Shown piece after piece: positions 1 to 21,337 of a stretch of DNA of 64,000 bases (its first letter is position 1; every line of letters begins with the position of its first letter). This DNA comes from Ranitomeya imitator. Lineage: Eukaryota. A program made the position numbers and the translations under genes. Location of the stretch: the NCBI RefSeq assembly GCF_032444005.1, contig NC_091288.1:217682001-217746000 (forward strand). The letters are read 5' to 3'. The notes beneath the pieces are model-generated. The model searched no databases. It was given only the letters and a program-made list of their open reading frames with translations, and was not told the DNA's origin.

Positions 1-189
1 ACTCTGCACCATTGTGTGCTCTATTGACTAAATTCACTACATTGACTGGTTCATCATATTGACACATCATTTAGTACTATAACTACGGCTCCCAGTACTA
101 AAACCACGACCTCTGGTACATGCTCTTATCCCCCTTGTCTGACTGTGGAAGTGGACCATAGCGCAAATAAGCACATTTACATTTTTCTA

Positions 190-1160
190 CAAAAGTCTCC
201 TTTCAGGGGCCTAAAAGTAATTGGAGAAATTAAATTTACCATAAATAAAATGTTCATTTTCAATACTTTGTACAGAATCCTCTGCAACAATGACGGACTT
301 AAGTCTGGAAGCCATGAACATCGCCAAACGCCGGGTTCCCTCCTTCGTGAGGCTTTGCCGCCTTTACTGCAGCTGACTTCAGTTGTTGCTTGTTTGTGGG
401 TCTTTCTGCCTTATGTTTTGTCTTCAGCCTGTGAAATGAAGCTCGATGAGCTGACATCTGGTGATGACTCGACCATTGCAGAATATTCCATTTCCTTGCT
501 TTCGCAGAATGTTTTCGGTCATTATCCATCTGTCCTTTAAAGCGCCATCCAATCAACCTAGCTGTATTTGGTTGAATCTGAGCAGAAAGTATCTCCCCGT
601 ACACACAGGATTCATCCAGCAGCTTCTGTCTTCAGGCACACCATCAATAAACACTTGTGACCCAGTGCCACTGGCAGTCATCCATGCACACGCAGGGACA
701 CCACATCCACCATGTGTTACAGAGGGTGTGCTTTGGACCATGAGCCGTTCCAAGCCTTCTCCATACTTTCTTCTTTCCATCATTCTGCTACAGGTTGATC
801 TTGCTTTAGCTTTTCCAGACCTGTGTGGCTTCTTTAAGTTTTTTTGGGGAAAAGTCTAATTTGGCCTTTCTATTTCTAAGGCTGACAATGGTTTGTTTGC
901 ACCTTGTGGTGAATTTTCTATTTTTGACCTCATAGAGTCTGGTCTTTATGGTAGACTTAGATACTGAAACGCCTAATTCCTGGATCGTGTTCTTCACTTG
1001 AGTGGATGTTGTGAAGGGGTTTTTCTTCACCATGGAAAGGATTCTGTGATCATCCACCAATGTCTTCCAGGGAGAACCATGCATTTTTGAGCTCCCAAGC
1101 TCATCAGTAAGCTTTTTTTCAGAATGTACTAAACTGTAGATTTGGCCAGTCCTAAAATGT
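190..1160 (-). mobile_element. Tc1/mariner transposon relic (degenerate transposase)
   Basis: Minus-strand ORF fragments 806-1084 (RILSMVKKNPFTTSTQVKNT...VSKSTIKTRL, HTH region), 553-783 (VTHGGCGVPACAWM) and 299-604 (QMDNDRKH...KWNILQW...RLKTK) match Tc1 transposase motifs. They are broken by frameshifts. Ends are approximate. Confidence 0.85.
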
Positions 1161-1164
1161 CCTC

Positions 1165-1465
1165 GTCTCCGCTTGTGCTACCCAGTGTTTGGGTTCTGCT
1201 GTCTATTATGTGATTTAATAGGAGGGTTCTGGCCTTACCGTCTTTATTCACTGATGTCGGGGCACTACCTTTGCTTCATCAGTCTTAGCTGGGGACTGGA
1301 GTACTATTTATTGTAGATTGTAAGCTCTCACGACCAGGGTCTTCTTATTTTGCTTTAATTATTGTATTGTTAACGTTGTTACTTATGACTTTTGTGTTTG
1401 AAACTGTTAAACTGTAAAGCGCTGCGGAATATGTTGGCGCTATATAAATAAAGATTATTATTATT
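1165..1465 (+). mobile_element. L2-type LINE/SINE 3' end fragment
   Basis: Ends in GTAAAGCGCTGCGGAATATGTTGGCGCTATATAAATAAAG(ATT)n. The same tail occurs at about 1843-1900 and at about 52972-53040, where it follows an L2 ORF2 C-terminus. The 5' boundary is approximate. Confidence 0.6.
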
Positions 1466-1933
1466 TAGCTTAGGTCTTGATACAAAACTATATTGTATGT
1501 CTATATGTTCATATATCTCTGGACCTCTATCTTATCTGCATTTGTTAGAGGGTATACACTACAGCTGTGTCGCCATTATTTGGAAGGTCTTTGTGCCTTC
1601 CCTGACTGCGGAGTAAATTGCTTATTTTGCCCACTATATTGCTGTGAACATTAGGACCTGGACCATTGGTTTTACTTGTTTTTAAATGTCTGTTTTTTGT
1701 TTACCAATAAAAAATATTTGCTGTATATTTTGGAGTGTGCACATCATTCTGTAGTTCCTTTTTTTCTTCTTTGATATTGCATTTGTGTTCTACTACTGGA
1801 TGTAAAACTCATATTTATATTATAGACTATTGTGTGCAAAACTGTAAAGCCCTGCGGAATATGTTAGCGCTATATAAAAATAAAGATTATTATTATTAAT
1901 ATTATTGTAGCGCACTCCGACTTCCTTTTTAGA

Positions 1934-2290
1934 TGTCACGGTAAAGCAGAGACACCTATACTCACCTCCAGTTCAGGCGTCATTCCTGCAGTGTTGTCAG
2001 TCCGAGGGCTGTCGTGCGGTTGTAATAACACGTAAGACTGGCGCCCAATCAGCCTTGGGTCACTGTCCCACTCGTCTGCCCCAGGACCACGAGTGCCGAC
2101 ACCGCAGGAATAAGACTGGCGCCCAATCAGCGTAGGGTCACTGTCCCACTCGTCTGCCCCAGGACCACGAGTGCCGACACCACAGGAATAAGACTGGTGC
2201 ACAATCAGCGTGGGGTCACTGTCCCACTCGTCTGCCCCAGGACAAGTGCCGACACCGCAGGAATGGCTCCAGCACGGGAGGGGCGCATAA
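1934..2290. repeat. LTR-like fragment (TGTCACG terminus) with a 78-bp tandem repeat x3 (2036-2262)
   Basis: Units start at 2036, 2114 and 2192 (GACTGG.GC.CAATCAGC...CAGGAATAA). The TGTCACG end resembles the two solo LTRs in this window, but no second end was found. Confidence 0.5.
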
Positions 2291-2439
2291 GCTTTTTTTA
2301 ATTTTATCGAGCCCAAGCGATGGGAGTGAGAAAGGGTTGAAACGATAGGTATACTTTAATACTTTTTAAGAAGACATTAGTTATTTTTCATCTTTCTGCC
2401 AAAAGTTCCTTTAATATAAAATTTTCTTTTATTTTTTAG

Positions 2440-10598
<8,159 letters not shown>

Positions 10599-11632
10599 AG
10601 CAACTCGAGAACACTTTACACCCTCAGCCTGGACGTGGACGGTCTAAATAGAGTGCGGCGCCATGTGCTGGTGATGGGAAGCCAAAACTCCTAACAACTA
10701 ATTGGTGCTCCCACATCTGAGTATGAGACGTAAGGTGACCGTAGACTAAAGGTGATGAAAAACCATAATCAACGATAAGGATGAAATTTACCTCTATCCG
10801 TCCTTTTATCGGACGGCTGACACACTCCGCTCATCTGGAAAGAAGTTGTCTACTTGTGAATTCATCGGAAGATAGTTAGAATAACCATGCTTTGTTGTAA
10901 TGACAAATCTTTTATCGAACACATTCGCAGACTTTTTTTTTCCTGTAAAATAAGGGTATGAACATTATCAAACTGATCCAATCGCTCATACAACTATCGC
11001 TCGACTTGTACATTAGGTATAGTCCTACCTTTAGGAACGTTACACCCCTAAAACTTGCTCCACCAACCTATGACAACTCAATATGAGCTACGACACCAAG
11101 ACAATCAACGTCCATCAAAGCCCCAGGAGGAATTGCAATGCATCGATCCAAATACCAATTAAACTAATGTCCAATCATTTGGTCGTTTTGTCTTAGATTA
11201 TTACGGAGTGAAGACCTTGGAGTCAACATTATATGGAAGGGATGATCTGATGTAAATGAGTAAAAACAGAGAGAAAAAAAAACGTGCTGCAGAGTGACAT
11301 TTTGTCACGATTGTACACAAAATACAGCAGTTTTGCACCAAACGTAATCCACAAATTGTTTTGCACGTACAAGGGCTTTCACCTGTACAAATCACATAGT
11401 AAAAACAGAATCACAAAACCACAGTAAGGTCGAATTCACACATTGGTTTATAATGTCATGCGCAAAAAAAAAAAAAAGGAAAAAAAAATAACAAAAACGA
11501 CTTGTGAACAAGCCCAAACATAAAAGGTATGTGATTAATACAGGAAAAAATGCAGACAGAGCTTAGACGTGTGAATGGGGCCTTACGCAGAATAAGGGCT
11601 CGCTCAGACATCCGATTATTCCACATAGGAGA

Positions 11633-12362
11633 AACAAGTCAAGTTCTTCCATTACACTTACATTAGACACGATTTTAGCCAGATTTCTGTGCAAAGTCAA
11701 AGAAATGAGAACTTCATCCAGACTTTTTACTTGGCTGAAAGGTTCATCGCTCATCTTTCTGCCGTAGCCATCGGATACAGTCAGAGATTCCGGTAGACGA
11801 CCTGTTAGGATAGTTAAAGGGTCAGTCATCAGATATATTGTCCACTTTTATTTCCAGTTCTTGGACCTGTTTACAAAGGGACTGCATAACTTGCTCTTCC
11901 TGCCGTGAGACCTCTCTTGAAACTCTGCTCTTCTGTTCCGGTCCATATGACCCAAAATTAAATTTGAGACCCCGCAGATTATTTATTATGCGGATCTGAA
12001 ACTTGTGATTAATTGACTTTTCCTCATTTGAGGGGTTCTTTGTAATGCAATGATAAGGTGGGCTCTATTAGGATGTGATCTGGTGCATTATTGTGGACGG
12101 TGAGGTGTGTTTCACACAACGAAGCTTCACATACACGGCACGACTTCACAGCAGGGACAGAAAGATTCACGCAGTAAGTGCACAAAACCTCGCACTCTTT
12201 CTCGGTTTTTGTCTTACATTCGAAGCATTGTTCATGTTCCTGAAAGGACTCCTTCGTGCAATCTTCACAGACAACATGTCCACATTTCAGAGTCACAAGA
12301 CTGGAACAGAGATATAGGGAGGTGAAACAGGTCCGGTCTTCAACCATTGCAGCAGATGCCAT
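11633..12362 (-). pseudogene. TRIM pseudogene (paralog of 46313-47794)
   Basis: Near-identical to the intact TRIM at the N-terminus, but the second RING Cys is Ser (CFTS). B-box2 and the start of the coiled coil are replaced by about 130 bp of unrelated sequence (about 11920-12047). There is a net 32-nt deletion at 11830, and the B30.2 domain is absent (junction near 11633). Confidence 0.9.
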
Positions 12363-15300
12363 CCTGGAAGAGAACTGGCGATCCACAGAGTGATCTTCTG
12401 TTTTCTTGCTAGAAATACACGCAAACTTGTTTTACCTTATTGCCCAGGGAACTTGTAAGACATTGCAGTAATACAAAGGGTCATTACGTACATGTAGCTT
12501 TATGAAATATTTGCATAAAGTCAAAGGTTTTTATTAGGAAGCTAAAGCCAGTTGTAAATTAGCGATGTCTAGAGGCCGTTTCCTAAAAACTTGTCCTTCA
12601 TTGCTGTCTGTGATAGTTGTCATCATCTTCGAAGACAATACGCAGGTTAAAATGATGATCTGAACAAAACAACTTATTGGGGTCTGCCATGATCTGGATT
12701 TTCATTTATGGGATGCAGTTGTCTTGACATCCATTGATGGGATTCAGTTGGTTGGGACTTCCACTGATAATATAGGAAATATCATAATATTTCTTGGTTG
12801 ACGTGAAGAATTTATTGAGGTGTCAGCGAGGCATGGTTACTTTGCAAGATGATCAGTGCTTCAATCCACCCAGACATCGGTCACAGCCTGTTAAGATCAG
12901 TTCCTATTGCACAATTTATATATTTTGTCACATTTTCTGCAGCCACTATGTGATATAGACCTGGGACGGGTCGAAACGTCTTAGCATCACATGTATCTTC
13001 ATGCATTTTGAGATGTTGTTTGTGCCTGCTCCTATAATAAAATCATACCAGATTCAAAACTCCACGAGAGTGCGTCCGTTTCCACTCTACTAAGGTCTAG
13101 GTTTTGCACAGCCTGTACATTTAGCCTGTTACACACTCCACAGAACATCCATTACCCTGTTCCTAATTAGCCAAGGTGGACGGAAATGAAGGCCATGACA
13201 GACCGTCATCAGCCTCTCCAGCTCACTGCTTCTAACAAGCCATGACCAAGGTTCGGGCAGACTGAAATGTTGGCCATCTTCTCACCCAAGAACATGACAT
13301 GTGAAGAGATCAATAAATGTAATTTTCTTCACTACAACTAAGGAGAGTTGTGTTCTTCATCCTTCCATTGAGCACCACCATTCACCAGTCCAGAGTGATA
13401 AGTATAACCTCTTTACTGGACTTCCACTGATGCCATACAGATCTGTCTTTCCTGGGGCGACTGCAGACTGCTATTTTTATGCTGCGGAGGGCCAATATCC
13501 ATGGCCCCTTCCCAGTCTGAGAATACCAGCCACCAGCTGTTTGCTTTAACTTGGCTGGTTGTCAAAAATGGGGGAGACGCTACATTTGTTTAAATTGTGT
13601 AAATAATTTAAAAAAATGGAGCAAGGACACGTTTACTTTTGATAACCAGCCAAGTTAACATTGACAGCTGTCTACTTTGTCTGCGCTGGGTAGCAAAAAT
13701 AAAGGGGACACCATGCCATTTTTTTTTATTGCACAGGTGCCAGCTGATTAATTTCTTGCCATTGTATGCCTACTCTCGTTGCTTTCAGCTGACGCCTGTG
13801 CCCAGCGGTAACCATTTTAACATCGGTCAAAGTTGGTGTCTCACACGCTGTCATCTGTATGACAGCGTGGTTACAGCAACGCTCTGACCGGCAGTAAAGA
13901 ACTTACCACTGACCAGAGCTGGTATTTCTTGCGCTGTCGCACAGATGATAGCGTAGGAAGCATCGCATGTTCAGGCTGCCGAACCCAATCAGCAACACGG
14001 ACTTCAGGGAAGAACCACAGAAATTAAGAGGTAAGTCCAGGTCCAGGTAAAACCAATGCGCTTATTTGAAAAATAGATTTAAAAAAATATATACATCCTT
14101 GTCGTGAAAAAACAGAAAGGTGAAGGTGTATTTGTTCACGACAAGGATGTATTTAAAAATAATAATCTATTTTTCCACTAAATGCATTGATTTTACCGGG
14201 AGCTGGACTTTCCTCTTGGTTTCTGCAGTTTCCACGTCTGGTCATGACGGCACCCGAGCTCCACACACGAACTATGGTAGGTGAGCTGGCTTCAGGGAAG
14301 AAGTCTGTGTTCGGGGTCCATGCACAGACACTAAGTGTTCAGTACGTACTGCGAACTTTTCCGTTCAAGTTCGCCCATTTCTAGTTGCAACCTTTGGATT
14401 GACCCCCTCCGTTTGTGATGTACATGTGCCATAACTTCTTTCCTATGACTTAGGAAAAGCCCAATGCTTACACCTCATCTCGCTTACACTTCATCCAGGC
14501 CTCAGCTGTCCATTTACATCCAATGCGTTACCTTTGCAGATGGTGAAGTAGTTAAGGTCTAGAAGATTTTTTACAATCTGCTCCCACCAGGATCTTTCCT
14601 TCACTTGTGGCCCCCTCTCCTAGTCACACATCCATGTTACCAGCACCCCCCCATAAGGGGTCACTAATCAACCTACATCACTTCCCACTGTCTTTCCTCC
14701 TTAACTACCATGCTATCCCAAGTAACATCACACCCGCTGCTAATACATCAGACATCATGTAAAACCACGCAGATCACTTTGTGAACACAAGCTGCGACTC
14801 TCCTCAATAGACATAGAATGTTTTATTTTTGTGGAAATTTCTTCACTGTTGACTTTAATGGACTCAAATCTCAATAGCAAAGCAAACACTTTGTGCTGAA
14901 CTAATCTTTGTCACCATTTGTTCATTTGTAGATCGCTTAGAAGCCTCTTGTAGCCAATAAAAGCTTATGCAATAACTGCGAGTTCATGGCCTGACAGTGA
15001 TGGAGGAGGAGAGAGGGGGAAGTGGCGTTTCTTTCTTTTGGGGACAAAATCAAGAGTTCTCTGACAGGGAGAAATACAAAGTTCTGGGAACGGTGTGGAC
15101 TGAGCTGCGGACTGGTGAGTGATATCATAATAGGCTGGTGAAACCGACTGGACGGGAAACGTAAAGGAATTATCCATAGGATACTGAGGTAAAGACATAA
15201 ACTGGAGGAACAGACAAAGTTGAAGGTGTTTTAGACACAGTTTTATTCTCTTCTTAACACTTCTTTTTCCAAATGGCTCATATCAGACAAGATGAACTCA

Positions 15301-16504
15301 GAATGGCATCGGAAAGATTGGGTTAAGGTCCGTGGTGTCCCAATAGTCTGCGCTTTTTCTCAAAACTGGGAGAGGATTGATAATTTCCAAGCGAGAAAAG
15401 ATGATATTGTCATTGCCACATACCCCAAATCAGGTCAGTTGTGAATTTCTTGATCTGCAGAGAATTGAGTTAGCAAATGCACATTTTTATTAAGGTGATT
15501 GTATCTTTAAGGCACAACATGGATGAGTGAGATTGTGGATGTTATCTTGAATGACGGGGACACGGAGAAGAGCAGGAGAGATGCCATTTTCAACAAGGTT
15601 CCAATGTTGGAGTTATGGGCGCCTGGTATATTGCCCCTAGGTATCTATGAAAAAAATTCTCTTTCTTATAAATCACATTCTGAAAGTTAAAGTGTAATTT
15701 AAGTAACTACAGTTAGGTCCCGAAATCTTTGGCCAGTGAGGAATTTTCGTGATTTCAGCTCTGCAGGCCGCAATTTTTTTTATTTAAAATGAGATAGAAT
15801 TGGAGACTTTCAGGCTTAATTAAAGGGGTTGAACAAAACTATCCTGTGAAATGTTTAGGAACTGCAACCACTTTTCCGGAAAGACTACTCATTCCAGGTT
15901 CTCAAAAGTAATTAGACAAATTAACTTTACTATAAATAAAATGTTCATTTTTAATTCTTCCTTAAGTCTTGAAGCCATGGACGTCGCCAAGCGCAGAGTT
16001 CCCTTTGGTGTCAGGCTTTGCAGAACTTTACTGCGGCTGACTTCAGTTGTTTCTGCTTTCGGTTTTGTCTTCAGCCTGTGCAAGCGTCTCGATGGGGTGA
16101 GATCTGATGATGACTTGCCCATTTCGCAGAATGTTTTGGGTCATTGTCCATCTATCTTGTGACGCGCCATCGAATCAACCTTGCTGCATTTGATTGAATC
16201 TGAGCAAAAAGTATTGCCCTGCTTCTTTCTTCAGCCACATCTATAACCACTAGTGTCCCGATGCCATTAGCAGTCATGCATACCCACGCCATTATACTGC
16301 CTCCACCATGTGTTACAGATGATGTTCCGTGCTTTGGCTCATGAGCCGTTCCAAGCCTTCTCCATACTTTCTTCTTCTCATCATCCTGGCACAGGTTGAT
16401 CTTAGTTTTGCTTTTCCACATCTGGGCAGCTACTTTAGATATTTTTTGCCATAGTCTAATCTAGTATTCTATTTCTAAGGCTGATTACTGGTTTGCACCT
16501 TGTG

Positions 16505-17389
16505 ATGCAATAACGGGCGATGAAAAGAACGTATCTGCACAAAAGTGGTATCATTAAAAACGTCAGCTCGGCACACAAAAAATAAGCCCTCACCCAACCC
16601 AAGATAATGAAACATGGAAAACACTATGGGTATCAGAAAATTGCGCAATTTTTTTTTTTTACCAAACTTTGGACTTAGATAAAAGAGAACCTAGACACCT
16701 GTCCAGAGAACCTGTCCAGTGTGTCCACATGGACATTCATTTTCTGAATCCTGCTCATACAGGTATTGTACATATGACCAGGTTTTAAAATACATCAGAT
16801 AGGGATTACATACATTAGCTAGGACTGCTCTGATATGGGTATACCTTGACGTTTGGTAGAGCGGCTTAATATACATTTTTTTGCAAAAAACGTATCAAGC
16901 AAATACCCTGTTTTCCCATCTTATTGCTAGTACATGCTGTCCACTGTGATTTTTTTTGCATGAAAGTGATTTTGGTTTTACTGTGCTTTTTTGTGTTTTC
17001 ATGTCTCTTGGTGGTGTGAACATGTCTCTACGGGCTTGTTCACTGTGCGTGCAGCTCATGTGTTCTGTGTTCTGGAGAACCTAGACATGTTTGGTGTCTA
17101 TGAACTCGTAATGACCTGGAGAATCATAGCGGCAGCTAAGTTTTAGCATTTAGTGAACCTAGCAAAAAAGCCAAACAAAAAACAAGTGTGGGATTGCACT
17201 TTTGTTTGCAATTTCATGGCACTTGGAATTTTTTTCCTGTTTCCAATGGTGTCGTTCAAAAGTATAACTCGTCCCGCAAAAAATAAGCAATCGCATGGCC
17301 ATATTGACAGAAAAATAAAAAAAAGTTATGGCTCTGGAAAGAAGGGGAGAGAAAAACAAAAACGAAAAAAATGAAAAAAGCTCCGGGGG
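16505..17389. mobile_element. piggyBac-like non-autonomous fragment nested in the Tc1 element
   Basis: Ends GCTCCGGGGG|TTAA (17390-17393). Internal sequence resembles the 17758-21237 element. The left end is not defined. Confidence 0.5.
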
Positions 17390-17450
17390 TTAAAGAGATG
17401 TAATTCCTAAACCCTTACTCCAATTAGAATGTGAATCCCAAATCTCAAAT

Positions 17451-17610
17451 GAAAGTAGAGAATCTGCACGTTAAGCCCATATTGATCATATAAAAGGTAT
17501 CTATGAAAGTTGAGAATCTGCACGTTAAGCCCATATTGATCATATAAAAGGTATCTATGAAAGTTGAGAATCTGCACGTTAAGCCCATATTGATCATATA
17601 AAAGGTATCT
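17451..17610. repeat. 54-bp tandem repeat x3
   Basis: GAAAGT.GAGAATCTGCACGTTAAGCCCATATTGATCATATAAAAGGTATCT starting at 17451, 17505 and 17559. Confidence 0.9.
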
Positions 17611-17757
17611 TGAACATGTTTTAGTAAACCGTTAAAATACCAAAACTTGTGTCACTGTCCAAATATTTCTGAAGCTAACTGTATTACCAAAATTTACCAG
17701 CCCAAACATAGATAATGTCCATACATTAAATCAGCGAGAAAATATAGAAAATATGAA

Positions 17758-18313
17758 CCCCTTACTGCCATATGACGTACTATCCCATCCATGTGACCTG
17801 GGACTTAATTCCCATTGACGGGAGAGTATGTTATAGGCGATCAGCCATGGTCATGGGGGGAGCGCGGCCGATCGCGGCCTGGTGTCAGCTGATCATCACA
17901 GCTGACACCCGGCACTATGTGCCAGGAGTGGTCACGGACCGTTCCCGGCACTTTAACCCCAGGAACACTGCGATCATACATGATCGCAGCGTTCCGGTGG
18001 CATAGGGAAGCATCGCGAAGGGAGGGGGCTCACTGCGTGCTTCCCTGAGACCCTCAGAACAACGAGATGTGATCGCGTTGTTCCGAGGGTCTCTTCCCTG
18101 CAGGCCCCGGTTCCAAAATGGCCGCGGGGTCCTTCCGGGTCATGCAGGGAGGTGGCTTGCACACACAGTGCTGTGCAAAGTGTCAGATCAGCGATCTGAC
18201 AATATATAATGATGTCCCACCCTGGGACAATGTAAAAAAGTTAAAAAAAATTTTTTTTAACATGTATAAAAATATTTCAAAAACATTCCTAAATAAAGAA
18301 AAAAAAAAAAAAA

Positions 18314-18359
<46 letters not shown>

Positions 18360-21237
18360 CCAAAAAAATACATTTCTTTATGCAAATAAAAAAAAAAACA
18401 ATAAAAGAACACATATTTAGTATCGCAGCATCCGTAATGACCCGACCAATAAAACTGTCTCACTAGGTAACCCCTTCACTGAACACTGAAAAAATTAATG
18501 AAAACTAGGCAAAAAACAACGCTTTATCATCATACATCGAACAAAAAGTGGAACAACACAATCAAAAAGACGGATATAAATAACCATGGTACCGCTGAAA
18601 ATTTCATCTTGTCTCGCAAAAAAAGCCGCCATACAGCATCATCAGCAAAAAATAAAAAAAGTTATAGTCCTTAGAATAAAGCGGTGCAAAAATAATTATT
18701 TTTTATATAATATCGTTTTTATTGGATAAAAGCACCAAAACATAAAAAAAATGATATAAATGAGGTATCGCTGTAATCGTACTGACCCGAAGAATAAAAC
18801 TGCTTTATCCATTTTACCAAATGCGGGACGGTATAAACGCTCCCCCCCCCCCCCCCAAAAAAAAAGAAATTTTTGAATTGCTGGTTTTTGTTCATTCTGT
18901 CTCCCAAAAATCAGAAGAGATCAAAAATGTCATGTGCCCGAAAATGGTACCAATAAAAACATCAACTTGTCCTGCAAAAAACAAGACCTCACATGACTCT
19001 GTGGACCAAAATATGGAAAAATTATAGCTCTCAAAATCTGGTGATGCAAAAACTATTTTTTGCAATAAAATGCATCTTACATTGTGTGACGGCTGCCAAT
19101 CATAAAAATCCGCTATAAAAACCCGCTATAAATAGTAAATCAAACCCCCCTTCATCACCCCCTTAGTTAGGGAAAAATAATACAATACAAAAATGCATTT
19201 ATTTCTATTTTCTCATTAGGGTTAGGGATAAAGTTAGGGTTTGGATATTTACGGTTGGGAATAGGGGTGTATCAGGGTTAGGGGTGTGGTTACGGTTATG
19301 GTTGGGATTAGGGTTATGTTGGGATTAGGGTTATGTTGGGGTTAGGGGTGTTGTTAGGGTTGGGATTAGGGTTGGGGTTGGAGTTAGAATTGGGGGGTTT
19401 CCACTGTTTAGGCACATCAGAGGCTCTCCAAACGCGACATGGCGTCCGATCTCAATTCCAGCAAATTCTGCGTTGAAAAAGTAACAGTGCTCCTTCCCTT
19501 CCGAGCTCTCCCGTGCGCCCAAACAGGGGTTTACCCCAACATATGGGGTATCAGCGTACTCGGGACAAATTGGATAACAACTTGTGGGGGGTTTCTATTG
19601 TTTAGGTATATCAGGGGCTCTACAAACGCAAAGTGATGCCTGCAGACCATTCCATCTAAGTCTGCATTCCAAAACAGCGCTCCTTCCCTTCAGACCTCTG
19701 CCGTGCGCCCAAACGATGATTCCCCCTCACATATGGGGTATCAGCGTACTCAGGAGAAATCAGACAGCAACGTTTGGTGTCCAATTTCTCCTGTTACCCT
19801 TGGGAAAATAAAAATTTTGGGGCTAAAAAATAATTTGTGGAAAAAAAAAAAGATTTTTTTATTTTCACGGCTCTGCGTTATAAACTGTAGTGAAACAGTT
19901 GGTGGTTCAAAGTTCTCACAACACATATGTATATTCCTTAGGGGGTCTACTTTCCAAAATGTTGTCACTTGTGGGGATTTCCACTGTTTAGGCACATCAG
20001 GGACTCTCTAAATGCGACATGGCGTCCTATCTCAATTCCAGTCAATTTTGCATTGAAAAGTCAAACAGCACTCCTTCCCTTCCGAGCTCTCCCATGCGCC
20101 CAAACAGTGGTTTACCCCCACATATGGGGTATCGGCGTACTCAGGACAAATTGCACAACAACGTTTGGTCTCCTGTTACCCTTGGGAAAATAAAAAATTG
20201 GGGGCGAAAATATAATTTTTTTTGAAAAAAATGATTTTTTATTTTTACGGCTATACATTTATAAACTTCTGTGAAACACTTGGTGGGTCACAGTGTTCAC
20301 CACACATCTAGATAAGTTCCTTAGGGGGTCTACTTTTCAAAATGGTGTCACTCGTGGGGGGTTTCCACTGTTTCGACACATCAGGGGCTCTTTAAACGCG
20401 ACATGGCGTCCCATCTCAATTCCAGCCAATTTTGCATTGGAAAGTCAAATGGCGCTCCTTCCCTTCCGAGCTCTGCCATGCACCCAAACAGTGGTTCTCC
20501 CCCCCCCCCCCCCACACACACACACATATGGGGTATCAGCGTACTGAGCACAAATTGTACAACAACTTTTGGGGTCCAATTTCTTCTGTTACCATTGTGA
20601 AAATAAAACAAATTGGATCTGAAGTAAATCTTTTGCGAAAAAAAGTTAAATGTTCATTTTTTTAAACATTCCCAAAATTCCTGTGAAACACCTGAAGGGT
20701 TAATAAACTTATTAAATGTGGTTTTGAGCACCTTGAGGGGTGCAGTTTTTAGAATGGTGTCACACTTGGGTATTTTCTATCATATAGACCCCTCAATGTG
20801 ACTTCAAATGAGATGTGGTCCCTAAAAAAAAATGGTGTTGTAAAAAAGAGAAATCGCTGGTCAACTTTTAACCCTTATAACTCCCTAACAAAAAAAAAAT
20901 TGGTTCCAAAACTGTGCTGATGTAAAGTAGACATGTGGGAAATGTTACTTATTAAGTATTTTGTGTGACATATCTCTGATTTAAGGGCATGAAAATTCAA
21001 AGTTGGAAAATTGCGAAATTTTCAAAATTTTTGCCAAATTTCAGATGTTTTCACAAATAAAAGCAAGTAACGATGAGGAAATGTTACCACTAACATGAAG
21101 TACAATATGTCACGAGAAAACATTGTCAGAATCACCGGGATCCGTTGAAGCGTTCCAGAGTTATAACCTCATAAAGGGACAGTGGTCAGAATTGTAAAAA
21201 ATGGCCTGGTCATTAACGTGCAAACCACCCTTGGGGG
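17758..21237. mobile_element. piggyBac-like (TTAA) non-autonomous DNA transposon, about 3.5 kb, with internal repeats and a telomere-like tract
   Basis: CCCCTT... left end after TGAA, and ...GGGGG|TTAA right end. The right part is homologous in inverted orientation to 27507-28550. An internal unit recurs at about 19401, 19598, 19981 and 20365. No transposase ORF. Confidence 0.7.
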
Positions 21238-21337
21238 TTAAATTGTAGGAATTGGAAACACTGAAATCCCTTAAATACAAGAATATAACTACTATAATAT
21301 TGCTCATACATATAACAATATAACTTCTATAATAGTG

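Larger units (their letters stand above)
15710..17681 (-). mobile_element. Tc1 element with both termini, a degenerate transposase and a nested insertion
   Basis: TA|CAGTTAGGTCCCGAAATCTTTGGCCAGTGA at 15708 and its inverted counterpart TCACTGTCCAAATATTTCTGAAGCTAACTG|TA ending 17681-17683. Transposase fragments 15889-16421 (HEPKH...VTHGGGSIMAW, RLKTKPKAE). Confidence 0.8.

Noticed and set aside
1580-1760. Another Penelope-like tail (AATAAA...GGAGTGTGC)
   Set aside because: No hammerhead core or inverted arm could be found. Too decayed to support.
15273-15354. Upstream ATG as the SULT B start
   Set aside because: It is out of frame (stops at TAA) and lies 5' of the likely acceptor at 15285-15286.
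19216-19390. True telomere or chromosome-fusion scar
   Set aside because: The repeats are degenerate, short, and embedded at the same position in two copies of a transposon.
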